DNA of 64,000 nt from Eledone cirrhosa. Its lineage: Eukaryota. The position numbers and the translations under genes were made by a program. The stretch spans positions 17,360,001-17,424,000 of the forward strand of contig OZ024752.1 in NCBI GenBank assembly GCA_964016885.1, read 5' to 3'. The notes under the pieces were generated by a model, which had not been told where the DNA came from, ran no database searches, and worked only from the letters and a program-made list of their open reading frames with translations. Of this stretch, positions 39,931 to 54,011 are shown piece by piece; positions within the stretch are counted from its first letter, which is position 1; each line of letters opens with the position of its first letter.

Positions 39931-41194
39931 GGAACCAGTAAGACCCCGACAGCTGAGCTCAAGCCGTTTCGACGGCTAATTCTGGACTAAATGAAAATTT
40001 ATCCTGGTATTTAAATAGCCGATCTTCTCAAGGGGTAATTCCATATATGGTCAAAGTGATTGTCAAAAATCAGTAGTAATTCTGTGGTTGCAAATTAGTA
40101 GGGGAGATGGTGGCTAAACCTGCCAGTAGGAGAAAGAGGGGAGGTGGTGGAGTAGACCCAATCAAGCGTTGGTAGTGCCAGCTACAGCTGGGCATGAGGT
40201 CAAAGAAGATACAGGGGAGGGGGAGGGGGAGGAAGTCGGAACGGTAGGTAGAACAATGGGGGGTAGAAATATATAGGAAAGAAAAAATACTGAGAGTGAA
40301 GAAAAGCAAATAAGTGTAAAGAAAAACGTAAAGTAAATTAAATTCTACGACCTAGGTGTCAGGCTATTGTTAGGCTAGAATAAATAAATAAATAAAGAAA
40401 GAAAGAAGTAAAGAAAGAAATAAAGAAATAACGAAATAGGTAAAAGAACTAGGTGGGACGGATAGGCAAGGACCCTTTTAAGAGGTATAAGTACGTAAAT
40501 GATACGGTGACGGGTCAACAAAAGGGGCCAAAATACTAAAGAGACTACCACGAAATAAACAATAAAGGTTTCCATCCCGGGCACAATGCCAGCAACCACC
40601 CAGTGCAGCAAAGTGAACTAGTACGAGATAATAATTCTGAGTCCCGAGAAAAATATATACTAATGCTAACTCTAAAAGATCTAAAACAAGCTACATGAAA
40701 GTTCGTACGAAGTAAAGGTAGAATACGGAAAAATAAATTCAGAATCCACCCCGCCCAAAAGAAAAGCGAAGAAAGAAATACTGAAACGAAAAAATAAGGC
40801 ATAAGTGCCACTAAGAAATATAGAGGGCACAGAGAATAGTGGGAGCGGTCGGAAAAAGGGGACAAGTATCCGGGGTCTAAACCAACTGCTATAAAGGGCG
40901 GAGTCCGCCAAATCTATCATAGACTAGGGGAGGGGGTGGGGGTACTAAGGCTACAAGGGGCCAAAGGGTAGCCTCGGGTGGGCGAGAAAAGACGCCGACA
41001 AAGGAGAAGAGCTGGGGTAGAAGGACTAAGGAGAGAGGGGGGAAGGAAATAAAGGAAGCGATAAAAGAATACAAAGAAGATCTTACGTCTCCCTTGGCAA
41101 GCAGGGGTTACCCATTGCAAAATCGGCAAGTGGGGTGTTATAGCCCTAGTCTACCCCCCGGGTCATTATACAAATATATATATATATATATATT

Positions 41195-41250
<56 letters not shown>

Positions 41251-41898
41251 TATAATATATAATATATGTAGTAATAAACACAGTAAATTGTGTGTCTAAA
41301 ATTACGAGGGCTGAGATACCACATTGGTTTGACAAATTTAACCTGAAGCAAACGGAAAATCTATGTATGTAAAACAGGTGTCTGTCTGTCTGTTTGTGTA
41401 ACCGCATGAATTTCTACATTTTACATAGGTTTCTGAAGTCCTATTACGCGTCGTAGGCTATTTTATTTTTCCGTACCTCGATTGTGGGGTCCCCCAGTGG
41501 CAGGTAACCCCCTTAAGCCTCTCGATTGGAGTCAGCAGCACTACTGCATAAAGGCCCCATAATTCCTGCAGTTTGTCTCCCATCTTCACCAAAATTAATC
41601 TTTTGTTTACTTATGGCTTACAAATAAATTTGCAGGCATGCACTTGCGCAGAAATTCAGGTAGGGGACCCCTTGGGGGCAGTAAACCGACTTGATGAATG
41701 TTGAAGTGGATATCATCAATGGAACAAAACGTCATAACTGCTTCAGTTGGTGTTTGGTTTTCACGAAGCGAGACGTATTGGTTACCAATGGCTTATAAAG
41801 GAAGGTGATCACATGAACTTTTACTTGAACTTATCAAGACGTAAAATAAGAAAATTTCAAAAAATTTTTTAAAAATTAACTTACTTACTAAAATTTTC

Positions 41899-41980
41899 AC
41901 TCCAACTAATTAGTTTCTGCAATGGGATAAAGACAGCTACGTAATATAACTGTCGAGAATTCATTGCGTCATCAGGGAGT
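41899..41980 (-). ncRNA. Hammerhead ribozyme, family G (inverted copy)
   Basis: Reverse complement of 42881-42962. Confidence 0.8.
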
Positions 41981-42880
41981 CTATTCTCAGCTAAGTCTCC
42001 AGGCAATGCGCGGACACTGGGGGCTCATATAAAAATAATAATAATTCGGTAGATGGAACAGCTAGCGGGGACTGGATTCCATGTACTGAAAAGCTCGCTG
42101 TCTCTGGTCAAATGGCAGATTCTAAAGAATCAATCACGTGACACTGAGGCTAGTCGGTAGGAGTGGGATGGTAAGATGACAGAAGCCTACTATCACACCA
42201 ATAAATTAGTAGTGGTTTTGGCAGGTTTGCTAAAAAAATAAGTAATTTGGAGATAAATATAGAGAATTTAGTATATCTACTAACATATGCGTACAGATGT
42301 ACGCTAATGCCAGCAAATACACAGGTTAACGCAATGACGCAGATGACGCAATGAATTCTCGACAGTTATATTACGTAACTGTCTTTATCCCATTGCAGAA
42401 ACTAATTAGTTGGAGTGAAAATTATAGTAAGTAAGTTAATTTTAAAAAATTTTTTTTAAATTTTCTTATTTTACGTCTTTTATATTATTGTTCTGCATCC
42501 TCCTGCATTGAACCACCTAGGTACTATGACTTAACCTGTGTATTTGCTGGCATTAGCGTACATCTGTACGCATATGTTAGTAGATATACTAAATTCTCTA
42601 TATTTATCTCCAAATTACTTATTTGTTGAGCAAACCTGCCAAAACCACTACTAATTTATTGGTGTGATAGTAGGCCTCTGTCATCTTACCATCCCACTCC
42701 CTACCGACTAGCCTCAGTGTCACGTGATTGATTCTTTAGAATCTGCCATTTGACCAGAGACAGCGAGCTTTTCAGTACATGGAATCCAGTCGCCGCTAGC
42801 TGTTCCATCTACCTAATTATTATTATTTTTATATGAGTCCCCAGTGTCCGCGCATTGCCTGGAGACTTAGCTGAGAATAG

Positions 42881-42962
42881 ACTCCCTGATGACGCAATGA
42901 ATTCGCGACAGTTATATTACGTAACTGTCTTTATCCCATTGCAGAAACTAATTAGTTGGAGT
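42881..42962 (+). ncRNA. Type I hammerhead ribozyme, family G
   Basis: actcc-CTGATGA-c gcaatg..gacagtta..taactgtc..cattgc a-GAAA-ctaattag-TT-ggagt. Palindromic ACTAATTAGT. Confidence 0.85.
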
Positions 42963-43149
42963 GAAAATTTTAGTAAGTAAGTTAATTAAAAAATATTTTT
43001 TTTAATTTTCTTATTTTACGTCTTTTATATTATTGTTCTGCATCCTCCTGCATTGAACCACCTAGGTACTATGACATAACCTGTGTATTTGCTGGCATTA
43101 GCGTACATATGTGCGCATATGTTAGTAGATATACTAAATTCTCTCTCTT

Positions 43150-43268
<119 letters not shown>

Positions 43269-43315
43269 CTACATATATATTACTACATATATATATTACT
43301 ACATATATATATATA

Positions 43316-46300
43316 TGTCCTGGGTATGACATTAAACTACATCTAGTGGCAAGGCTCCAGTTCGGGAGTTCAGGAGATGTGGGGAATGTGGAGTTACCCC
43401 TTAGTTGTCATGACTCCCAGGTCTGCCCTGGCCCGGGGTGGTAGTACCTGTTAGGGCTCCATTTATGGGTTAAATAACTACCTTATTCGAGTGGCGCCGG
43501 TAAGGTATTGTCAGCCATTGAAAAGAAATATGGAGAGTCGATCTAACAGCACTAGGGTTAGAGCCCCTAATTACACTGTCAAGGAGCAGCCTGGTCGTTA
43601 TGACTCTGCTGGCTTAGAGCCACAGAGAGGGCCAGTGGATGATGGATCAGCTGTCCCTGAGACAAATATAAAGAATGCAGTTTTGTCCTGCAGAAGAGCC
43701 ATCAAAATGGGCACTTTGAATGTGAGGACTATTCGAACGCTGGAGAAGAGAGAGGAGTTGGGACATCTGTTCGAGGAGAGTGGTATACAGATACTTGCGA
43801 TCCAAGAACACAGGATTCTACACGATGAGCCCGTGAGGAGTGTGATGATCGGGAGGAAGAACCAGCTCATCACTACATCGGCAGTGAAGAACACAACAAA
43901 TGCTGCAGTAGGAGGAGTGGGTTTTGTGTTCAGTGCAAAAACCAATCTGTTGGTGAGGGAAATAATGCCTATCTCCCCGCGAGTGTTGAGGGTGACCTTC
44001 AATGGAAACCCAAGACTGACAGTCATCTCAGCCTATAGTCCAACCGAGGGGGACAGTGATGTGAATGCCGAGGAGTTCCATGAGGAGGTGTGTAGAGCTG
44101 TCAACACCACTCAGGCACACAATATCCTGCTTGTTTTGGGGGACTTCAATGCACATCTGAGTAAGGAGGGCAGTGAAGATCCTTGCTGGTACGTCCATAA
44201 CAACACCAACCGAAATGGAAGACTACTGAGAGACACCCTGCTGGAGGCGAACTTGATGGCGACCAACCTAGGGTTTAGGAAGAATCTGGGGGAAGATGTG
44301 GACCTACATCTCAGATATGCACCTGTCCAAGTCCCAGATTGATTTCATTCTGGTGAGGAAAAAGTGGCGGAATAGTGTTCTGAACACGGAACCATATAGC
44401 TATTTCAGTACACTGGGTAGTGACCACCGGCTTGTTATGAGTGAGGTCCGCGTGAGCTTAAGAAAGAGCAAGGCTCAGCCCCGGAGAACAATCTATGACT
44501 GGGGAGCTTTCAAGGAAGATGATAAGCTACAGGAGAGGTTCACAGTGGAAGTGAGAAACAGGTTTAGTGCTCTGTGTGGAGAGTCAGAGGAGAGAGAGAT
44601 TGGATGGACTGAGGAGAGTGTGACGAGGAGGTACGGGCACTTCACCAATGCAGTGGCGAAAGCAAGTGAAACCCTGGTGCCGAGGAAAAAGAACAAAGGG
44701 AAGCACGTCAGCTCTGCAAACCCAAAAGTGTGTGCAGCCAGAGAACACCTGAAAGCTGCCAGGGACCAATTCTATGCTGATCCTACGGAGGAGAGGATGA
44801 AGACTGTGGAGGTGATGAGGGAGGAGCTCTGTGCCGCTTGCACTGAGGTCAGAGAGGAGGCACTGATAGAGAAGATCAGAAGTGTGGAGAGAGCGGTTGA
44901 CAGATCTGGATGTAAGGAGAGCTGGATGATCATCAACGAGATCACAGGGAGGAAGAAAAGGTGTTCGAGTCAGATCCAGGGAACGGGGCCCGAGGATAGG
45001 AAGAGGAAATGGCTAGACCATTTTAGGACCCTACTAGGAGAGCCACCCTCCACAGCTCAGAGCACTGGGGATATCAGGCGGCTGTTTGAGGAACTGGATG
45101 TTGAGACAGAGCCCTTCACCAGAGAGGAGCTTCAGAGAGCCAGGAGGAAGATCAAGGAGGGCAAGGCTCATGGAGAAGATGGAGTGGCATCAGAGGTGAT
45201 GAAGAGGTGTGATTTTGATGATATCATCCTGGGGTTCTGTAACGGGGCACTGGAGAAAGGAGTTGCCCCGAATCAGTGGAGGATCAGTGGCATCGTCCCA
45301 GTGCCAAAGAAGGGAGATCTCTCTGGCACCAACAACTACCGGGGGATCTCACTGACGTCACTTGTGGCAAAGACCCTCAACAGGATGATTCTTAACAGGA
45401 TCCAGCCTGAGATGGAGAAGAAGCTCAGGGACAACCAGAACGGCTTCAGAGAGGGTAGATCAACCACCAGTCACATCCTGATGCTGAGGAGGATATTAGA
45501 GGGAGCTAGAGCAAAGTGCCTTCCTGCGGTCATGGTTTTCATTGACTTTAGGAAGGCCTTTGATTCTGTGGACCGTTACTGCCTGATGAAGATCTTACAG
45601 GCTTATGGAATCCCCAAGAGGATAGTGGACCTGATATCATTGCTCTACACCAACACCAAAGCCCAAGTCATTACACCTGATGGGATGACAGAGTTCTTTG
45701 AGATACTGGCTGGAGTGCTCCAGGGAGATACATTGGCTCCCTACCTTTTTATCATCGTAGTGGACTATTGTATGCGCCTTGCACTGGAGAAACACCAGGA
45801 CTCTGGCTTTATTGTAGCACCGGCTCAGAGCAGGAGAGTTGGGGCGAAAAAGGTATCGGATGCTGAATTTGCCTACGACATAATTTTGGTGACAAATACA
45901 GTGAAGGAGGCAGAGGATTTGATGCGGGAGGTTGAGACTGTGTCGATGAGTGTGGGGCTGAGAATGAATGAGACTAAAACAAAATATCTGGTAGAGAATG
46001 TTGAGAAGCCAGAGGGGATCACTAATGTAGGCGGGAAGCCGCTGGAATTGGTTGAGGACTTCCTGTATTTGGGAGCAAAGATTGGGAATGCGGAGGATGA
46101 TGTGGTTGAGAGGAAGAGCAAGGCCTGGGCGGCGTGTCACAGCTTGAGATCGGTGTGGAAGTCGGACCTTCGTAGAGACCTGAAAATCCGCCTCTTCATT
46201 GCTGTAGTGGAGTCTGTGCTGCTGTATGGGTCTGAGACTTGGACACTGACCAAAAGACTCACTCAGATGGTGGATGGGTGCTACACGAGAATGCTAAGGA

Positions 46301-46624
46301 TGGCTCTGAACATTAATCAGTATACACTGAGGATGAAAAACTCAGAGCTGTATGGGAGCATCCCAAAAGTCAGCTCAAAAGTGACACAGAGAAGACTGAG
46401 GTTGGCTGGACATGCTCACCGACATCCAGAGTTGACATTGCACTCAGTGCTCCTTTGGGAGCCCCTACATGGACACACTAGAAGAGGAAGACCAAGGTTA
46501 ACATATGTTGATGCCCTAAGGACAGACACTGGTTTGTTGGAGATGCAGGATATGGCAGCGATAATGAGGGACAGAGACCGCTGGAGAGAACTCGTCCATG
46601 GATCTCGGGAATTTTACCCGCCTT

Positions 46625-46628
<4 letters not shown>
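43316..46628 (+). mobile_element. Full-length young RTE-superfamily LINE (second family), inactivated, lying between (TA)n tracts
   Basis: APE motifs GTLNVRT, AIQEHR, AYSPT, GDFNA, IDFIL, SDHRL. RT motifs NYRGISL, DFRKAFDS, GVLQGD, FAYD (for FADD), FLYLG, RLAGH. One frameshift near 44290. Confidence 0.96.
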
Positions 46629-46675
<47 letters not shown>

Positions 46676-46726
46676 CGATGAATTAGTTTTGCGAGGTTTT
46701 TATATGAAATCGTGTGTCGAAACAAA

Positions 46727-49570
46727 TATTGTTATACTTGGGGAGGGTCATATTTGTGTAATATTGCCAGAATTAATAACAGAACACACTCACTGTTTGG
46801 TTGGTTTTCGCTTTTCGCTTCTCTGTCTTTTATATCGGTAATCTAATTTATTCGGTCCTCAATGTTGCCATTGACTGACCAACGGTCAAAAATAATACAG
46901 ATACAATATAGACACAAACACATATATATAGTTTATCAAAGTTCTTTCGTTGCACATCTGCAACATCGTCAGTGGTGCTATTGTTTCCTCCCGTTACATT
47001 GTATGTCTACGCCATCTTTATTTAGTCTGTTTATATATTTATTTATTTATTTGTTTGTTTGTTTATTTTATTTTGTCTTCTTTGCGCATGCGTTTGCGTG
47101 TGTGTATAGTGTTTTGTTTGATGTGTGTTCGTGATTGGGTGACTGTGTATCGGTTAATGTATTCTATCTTTACTAGTGTGTGTTTATATGTGTTTGTTAT
47201 TATTGTGCTTGTGTATGTATTTATTTATTTATTTATCTATTTATTTATTTATTTATGCTTCTCTTAGGTCAGTGTTGTTTGTTTGGGTGTTGTTGTTATT
47301 CCATTCATTCTTTCTGTTTAGTTTTGGCCTTCTAAGTTCTATTTCACTGGCCTCTCTGATTTGCCTATCTGCTGGGTCATTTCTATGTTTAGATATTATT
47401 CTAATTTCTATGTTGTCTATGTTACCGTCGTGTTGTTGTCTGGCATGTTCGTATAGTACTGACCCGTTTTTTCGTCCTTTTAGTTCCCCCCAGTGTTGGT
47501 CTATCCTTTCACCTATGCTACGAGCTGTCTCGCCTATGTATGTTGTTATCATGTTTCTGCAAGTACCCTCTGTACATCTTATGCTATAGACTACGTTTCT
47601 AGTTTTACAGTTTATCCGGGGGTTTACCTTACATATGATACATTTCCTATTAGTACAGTGGGTTTTCTTAAAAGGGTAGGTTTTGCTGATCAGGGATTTT
47701 ATGGTAGTTTCTGGCTTTTCTACCACCTTAATCTTTAAGTGGGTCTTTCTCAGGGCCTTTCTACACTGGTTAGCTAATTTCCCTCCAGGGGTAGCGTCAA
47801 CAAACATGACACTCTGGTATCTCTGGTTGTCGTACCATGAGGTGGCTTTCCCTATCTTATGTCTAGCCCTATCTAAGCAATTCCATGATTTGCTCCTGTA
47901 TAATGGGCAAATTCCTTTCATGTCCAGTTCTATGAGGGTCTTATACTTCTCCATGGCTCCTTCGTATACTCTGACTCTGTCTCTTTGGTTGTAGCCAGAG
48001 AACTGCATGCGGTTGATGAAGTGTTGGATGTGTCTTTCCATTTCTGTTGGGTCGCACATGCGGGACACATTCTTCATCACTCGTACCAAATCTGCGATCA
48101 GAATATTAAACTTAGCACTACTGGACATTGCTGAGTTTTTGAGTATCAGGTATTTGGAGGCCATGGGTTTAGCATAGTGTGAGTGGAGAATTTGGGCTCT
48201 CTCGTCTATAGTGTTAATCCAGAGTTCCGTGTCTAATACAGGTAGTCTATTGTTAGGGTGTTTGGAAGGGTAGTCGATAGTTACAGTTATACTCTGGTGT
48301 ATGGAATTAGCTATCTGCTGGATGCTTTCCATTGTGCTACGTTCTAAATCAAACTTGTTAGTGCTCTCTAGTGAGGATGTTCTTATAACTATATTGATAT
48401 CGTCTACGTAACGAGAGTACATGATGAGGTCTATGGAGCTCTCATTAAGGAGATCTTTAAGTCTCCTTTCCCACCATACCATAAAAAGGTTGGCAACATC
48501 ACCAGCTATGCTGGTGATGTTACCAACGTTGCTAACCAGTGTAGAAAGGCCCTGAGAAAGACCCACTTAAAGATTAAGGTGGTAGAAAAGCCAGAAACTA
48601 CCATAAAATCCCTGATCAGCAAAACCTACCCTTTTAAGAAAACCCACTGTACTAATAGGAAATGTATCATATGTAAGGTAAACCCCCGGATAAACTGTAA
48701 AACTAGAAACGTAGTCTATAGCATAAGATGTACAGAGGGTACTCGCAGAACATGACTACAACATACATAGGCGAGACAGCTCGTAGCATAGGTGAAAGGA
48801 TAGACCAACACTGGGGGGAACTAAAAGGACAAAAAAACGGGTCAGTACTATGCGAACATGCCAGACAACAACACGACGGTAACATAGACAACATAGAAAT
48901 TAGAATAATATCTAAACATAGAAATGACCCAGCAGATAGGCAAATCAGAGAGGCCAGTGAAATAGAACTTAGAAGGTCAAGACTAAACAGAAAGAATGAA
49001 TGGAATAACTACAGCACCCAAACAAACAACACTGACCTAAGAGAAGCATAAATAAATAAATAAATAGATAAATAAATAAATAAATACATACCCAAGCACA
49101 ATAACAACAAACACATATAAACACACACTAGTAAAGATAGAATACATTAACCGATACACAGTCACCCAATCACGAACACACATCAAACAAAACACTATAC
49201 ACACACGCAAACGCATGCGCAAAGAAGACAAAATAAAATAAACAAACAAACAAATAAATAAATAAATATATAAACAGACTAAATAAAGATGGCGTAGACA
49301 TACAATGTAACGGGAGGAAACAATAGCACCACTGACGATGTTGCAGATGTGCAACGAAAGAACTTTGATAAACTATATATATGTGTTTGTGTCTATATTG
49401 TATCTGTATTATTTTTGACCGTTGGTCAGTCAATGGCAACATTGAGGACCGAATCAATTAGATTACCGATATAAAAGACAGAGACGCGAAAAGCGAAAAC
49501 CAACCAAACAGTGAGTGTGTTCTGTTATTAATTCTGGCAATATTACATAAATATGACCCTCCCCAAGTAT

Positions 49571-49577
<7 letters not shown>
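46727..49577 (-). mobile_element. 5'-truncated Penelope-like element with a ~1.05-kb inverted 3' duplication (pLTR foldback)
   Basis: ORF 47253-~48515 has SRYVDDI, LPVLD, HYAKPM, C..C..C..C, NVVYSIRC..YIGETARS, LNRKNEW. ~48531-49577 is the reverse complement of ~46727-47773. Confidence 0.93.
49327..49371 (+). ncRNA. Hammerhead-like motif in the PLE 3' UTR/pLTR (family H; mirror copy at 46931-46975, minus strand)
   Basis: cacca-CTGACGA-t gttgc agatgt gcaac-GAAA-gaac-TT-tgata. Stems I and III are weak. Confidence 0.55.
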
Positions 49578-49641
<64 letters not shown>

Positions 49642-50094
49642 CCTTGTCTACATTCTAACTAAAATATACCATAATTTCCTTTGGTGGCGTGGGGTTTCAC
49701 AGCCTTCCGGTATATAGCAGTGGCGTGGTTCGATTGCTACAGGTAATTCCCTGCACTATTTCCCCCCCTCAAAATATTTATATCCCCGTTTCTTTCCAAC
49801 TATATTATTGTAAATATGTGTTGTAATGACTATTGCAAGAGGCAAAACATTCTGGCTGATTCGACACCCACGTGCTTTTTCTAAAAGACATTCCCCCCGC
49901 TCCTTTCTCTTCTCATACTATATGTTTCTACTTCTTTTATTCCTCATTCTATTTGTTGATGGAAATATTTTTCTCTATTCCTCTGTGAATATATCACACA
50001 GTAGCCAGTTCGTTATACGATCAAGCAGGGATGTTCTAACACAGTCCTCTCTCCGTTCAGGTATGGATTTACCTACCCAAGAAAGAGAGAAGCC

Positions 50095-50540
50095 TGATCA
50101 TACTTCTGTTAATTGTTCTTCTACCAAACGTATTTTAGATAAAGCAGCTATGTCTATGTTCAACCTTCTAAGTTCTTTTGTAACAAGTGTAGTTGTACGC
50201 TCCGGACGTCCGGACGAGTTTCTATCCAGTTCTGTCCTAACGTTCCAACAACAAATGTTGAGTTTGACTCGATCTTTCGAGTATTTTTTACATTTTGTTC
50301 TATTCTTATTTCTGCTCGAGTGAGGCAAAGTAAGTTCTGGGCGCCTGTGTGTAGACTTGTGACTATAAGCTTGCAACTGGTCAGGCGAAGAAAGATGTAA
50401 GAGACATCTGTATATCAGTATATTATAGTGGTAAACACTTGTACAACACAAGTAGCATTTGCTGAGTGTCCACAACTAGAGTCCAGTGACATGCCGAAAC
50501 AAGATGACCGGGAGTTGCTTCTACGGCAGGTTTTAAGGAG
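50095..50540 (-). mobile_element. Old RTE 5' fragment (APE N-terminus plus UTR)
   Basis: LNICCWNVRT..DR..RPERTTTLVTKELRRLNIDIAALS. Confidence 0.85.
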
Positions 50541-50556
50541 TTTCCTTCTTACTTAA

Positions 50557-50633
<77 letters not shown>

Positions 50634-50699
50634 TACTCATTCATACGTACACACATACACACACACGCTACTCACACACACACACTCATATTTAAATAT

Positions 50700-51015
50700 T
50701 ACAGTCATTATTAATACTATAATTGTGGCCGCTGTTGTCACTGTTATTCTCTCTCTTTCATTCACTGCCTCCGTCTCTCTCACTTTCCCCATATCTCACT
50801 ATTATAAGCAAATAGGGACTCACGCTCTGGCCACCCCGCGACCCCGGCGGACACAATAGAGAAGTCCTTTCCTCCGAATATGGTGAAGAAGACGCGTTGG
50901 AAGAGCCATTTCAGCTCGCGAAGTTTACACCTGTGGGCAGCGAACTCCATGCCGATAGTGGTGAGTAGGGTGGTGGTCATAGGGCCAAGGACACCAGAAG
51001 TCTCCACTCCTAAAT
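50700..51015 (-). mobile_element. CRE-like non-LTR 3' fragment
   Basis: VETSGVLGP...WLFQRV, homologous to 57990-58245. Confidence 0.75.
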
Positions 51016-51689
51016 TGTATCTTGAGCACATTACGAAATGGAAGATTTAGAGCAGCTGTTCTCAAGTTGTTCTATTGCCCGTATCCCTTTTCTAAAATTT
51101 CAGTTTCTTTAAATCTATGATAACTAGATGGGAAAAATAAACACATTCCCTATTCTGTCCACCGGAGCTGCGGATCAGCCTGCGCATGGGCCCCCATTTG
51201 CTTATAGTGAAAGATGAGGAGAGCGAGAAAGACGGAGGCAGTGAGTGAAAGAGAGAGGACATCAATACTTATTTATTTGTATTCATCAAATGACTACTAC
51301 TAGAGAGAAAGTAAAAAATGTTCAAGACATGGAAATTTGTTGTTAAAAGCAACACGAATACTATTCTAAAGATCAATTAGATCAAGTGATGCCTGTGCGT
51401 GAAGCTTTTTAAAGTGAAGAAAAGCCTTGTAGTGGACCAATCCCACTCTCTGAACAACGGTGACAGGTATCCAAGATGAACATGTCAACATCATACATAC
51501 AATTATTAAATGTATGATAACTAGATCCGAAAAAGAAACACAAGAGAAAATAAAATAGTTTATTTAAAAATACAAAATGTATAAAAGTATTTTTATTTGT
51601 CGTTATTTTTCTTGTCTTATTTTTGCTAAACAATGTTTAAGACATGGGAATTTGTTGTTAAAGGCAACACGAATATTATTGTAAAGGTT

Positions 51690-52150
51690 TAAGTGGTTTC
51701 TAAACTTCGTTGTCTTATATAGAAAAGTTGAAAATCACAACTCGCATAAACCCGTTGTAGCAAATGGAAGCGGAATCATTGCTGACCAAAACTGCTCAAA
51801 TTAATTTTTATCCCAACTCAACTTTCATGACCTGTTTGACTCCTAGATCAATTAGATCTTCTTTAAATTCATTATCGTTCGATATTTTTTGTAAATCGAA
51901 GAGAAACGGACCAATAAGCCACTGTTCTGCTAGTTGTAGAGATACTCCTGAAAAATACTCATGAAATGATTTGCACAGTATTTGAAGCTGTACAATAAAT
52001 GTTCAGTGTTTAACTAGAATTGGTGAATTAAAAAGAATATTCCATCATCTTCATTTATTCAAGTGAAACCAAATTCATGATAGTCTTCATTGCATTTTCT
52101 CACTTTGGATATTGATATATTTAATTGTGACCTGGAATGCTAAAAAATAT
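51690..52150 (-). mobile_element. Decayed hAT (Charlie/Buster-like) transposase C-terminus
   Basis: Hand translation gives ..WLIGPF..EDLIDL.. and LPFATTGLCEL*FSTFLYKTTKFRNHL. Charlie-like terminus cagctgttctcaa at ~51053. Confidence 0.6.
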
Positions 52151-52409
52151 TAATTATTAAAGCGTAAAAAGATTTAATATTCAAAGTTTTTAACAATATA
52201 ATTTTTATTAATTTAAATTCCATTTGCTTAAAGTTCATTTGGGTTCACAATTAAAACTTTAATCCCCAAGTTGAAATATACGCGGATAAAATTACATTTA
52301 CTTTAGAGTTCAGTATATTATCTCTAATATTTCGGTGAAAAGATACAAACCACAATTGAAAAGTATTCAACACCTATCAATTGGTTGCTTAGGGTTGACC
52401 TATTTTACA

Positions 52410-52575
52410 ATAATTGTTTCTACTTTTGGCACAAGGCCAGCAATTATCCAGTGTATTACTGGTACTTTATTTTATCGACTCCGTAAGGATGAAAGGCAAA
52501 GTTAACCTCGGCGGGATTTGAACTCAGAATGGCAAGGGCCGTAACTCTATGCGTCAAAACATGGCGTCCGACCCT
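52410..52575 (-). mobile_element. Nin/Deu SINE
   Basis: Reverse complement of the 9250-9410 sequence. Confidence 0.85.
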
Positions 52576-53066
52576 ACAATAATATTAACCTTCCAGACAG
52601 GCTTCTTTCTAAACATTGCTCTGAATATTAATAGATTTAATTAAAACTACACCCTATAATAAGGAAAACATTACGCATCAGGAAAGTTCGACTGGATTCA
52701 CTCTTTCTCTGTGTATTCGTATCAGCTTCCAAAATTTATAGCTAAAAGGCTTATTCGTAAACATACCATATATCGCTAGATATACAAAATACACATACTT
52801 ATATGTATACAACTATATTGCAGCGAACACCTTAATTAATAATATAACTTTAATCGGATAAATATGAGCTTGTTTATTAGACTATATCTAATAAACATGT
52901 AGCTAAATTTTAATGTATTTGATTCTACTTTAAACACACTTTATCATAACATAGATCACATATATATATATATGATGACATATATTTCTATATATATTCG
53001 GATACCTAACGGGACCGAAGACCCCATATAGAGGGAATCAGTTCTCAACCAAGATATATTCACCAA

Positions 53067-53545
53067 CGAGATATGCCAATACGAACCCTTTTGAAATAAT
53101 ATAAGGATATGGCAGTTCTCCTAAAAATAAAAATCCTCACAATATGAGAAAGTGTCAAATATTTTCGGAATTAAGAATTTCCGAAAATATCGAATTGAAA
53201 ATAGCGAGTTTGGCTTATAACATCTACCTCCCTTCTTCTGATTAGTGAATGCTAAAGCTGGCGCATTAGTGCACCAGCTCCTGCAATTCTTGCACTTAAT
53301 TAAGCCTTAAAAAGTAAATTATAATGAGGTTAGGCCTAATATTTAAATATTTTGAATTACATTCTAACTTCATTTAACACTCTACATACTAATTACAGAC
53401 ACTTTCTGGATTTATATTTTAACTTTCGGCTAACATGTTAAAATCCGAAAATATTTGACACTTTCTCATATTATGAATATTTTTATTTTTAAAAGAACTG
53501 CCTTATCCTTATATTATTTCAAAGGAGTTCGTTCTGGCATATCTC
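53067..53545. repeat. Diverged ~105-bp inverted repeat with a ~270-bp spacer (MITE-like or old foldback)
   Basis: gagatatgcca...aatatgagaaagtgtcaaatattttcgga versus tccgaaaatatttgacactttctcatatt...tggcatatctc. Confidence 0.7.
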
Positions 53546-53980
53546 GTGAGAGAATATTTCTTAAAATGTTTAGAAGATTCAGACGTCGACTTAGTTGATA
53601 AGTTTTAAGAAGATCTAGTTAGAAAATTCACTTAACCGAGTCACAGAGAAGCCTGATAAAAACTAGATACGTCAGGTCAAAAACAGAAGAACTAAGTCCA
53701 AATATTTTGCCAGACTAAATCCTAGCCAGAAAACCCTCTAATTATAAGATTTTCAATCGGAAAATTAGGGAATTGGGGTATTTAAGATGTATGTGTCTAA
53801 CTTACATGCTGGTGTATGTCTGCATCTTATTGAAAGCCCATGATAGGGAGGTATTACATCTTTAAAGTTATGGAGGAAGGGACCCAAAAGGGTGTCATAC
53901 TCCATAGTATATACATAGGTATCTGTTGGACCACTATCGTTTTCGACGGTGAGTGATCAAGTTATTCGATCAATGGAGCA

Positions 53981-53982
<2 letters not shown>

Positions 53983-54011
<29 letters not shown>

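Larger units (their letters stand above)
41838..43143. mobile_element. Family G element: inverted ~490-bp arm followed by ~1.5 tandem ~546-bp units
   Basis: 41838-42330 is the reverse complement of ~42531-43023. 42342-42597 recurs at 42888-43143. Confidence 0.88.

Noticed and set aside
41358-41830. Helitron/DINE-like 5' end (tctatgtatgtaaaa..gtctgtctgtct)
   Set aside because: No matching 3' hairpin-CTAG was found; insufficient support.
47253-48566. First ~17 aa of this ORF (MGLSQGLSTLVSNV) as a real N-terminus
   Set aside because: It reads through the inversion junction from the antisense pLTR copy.
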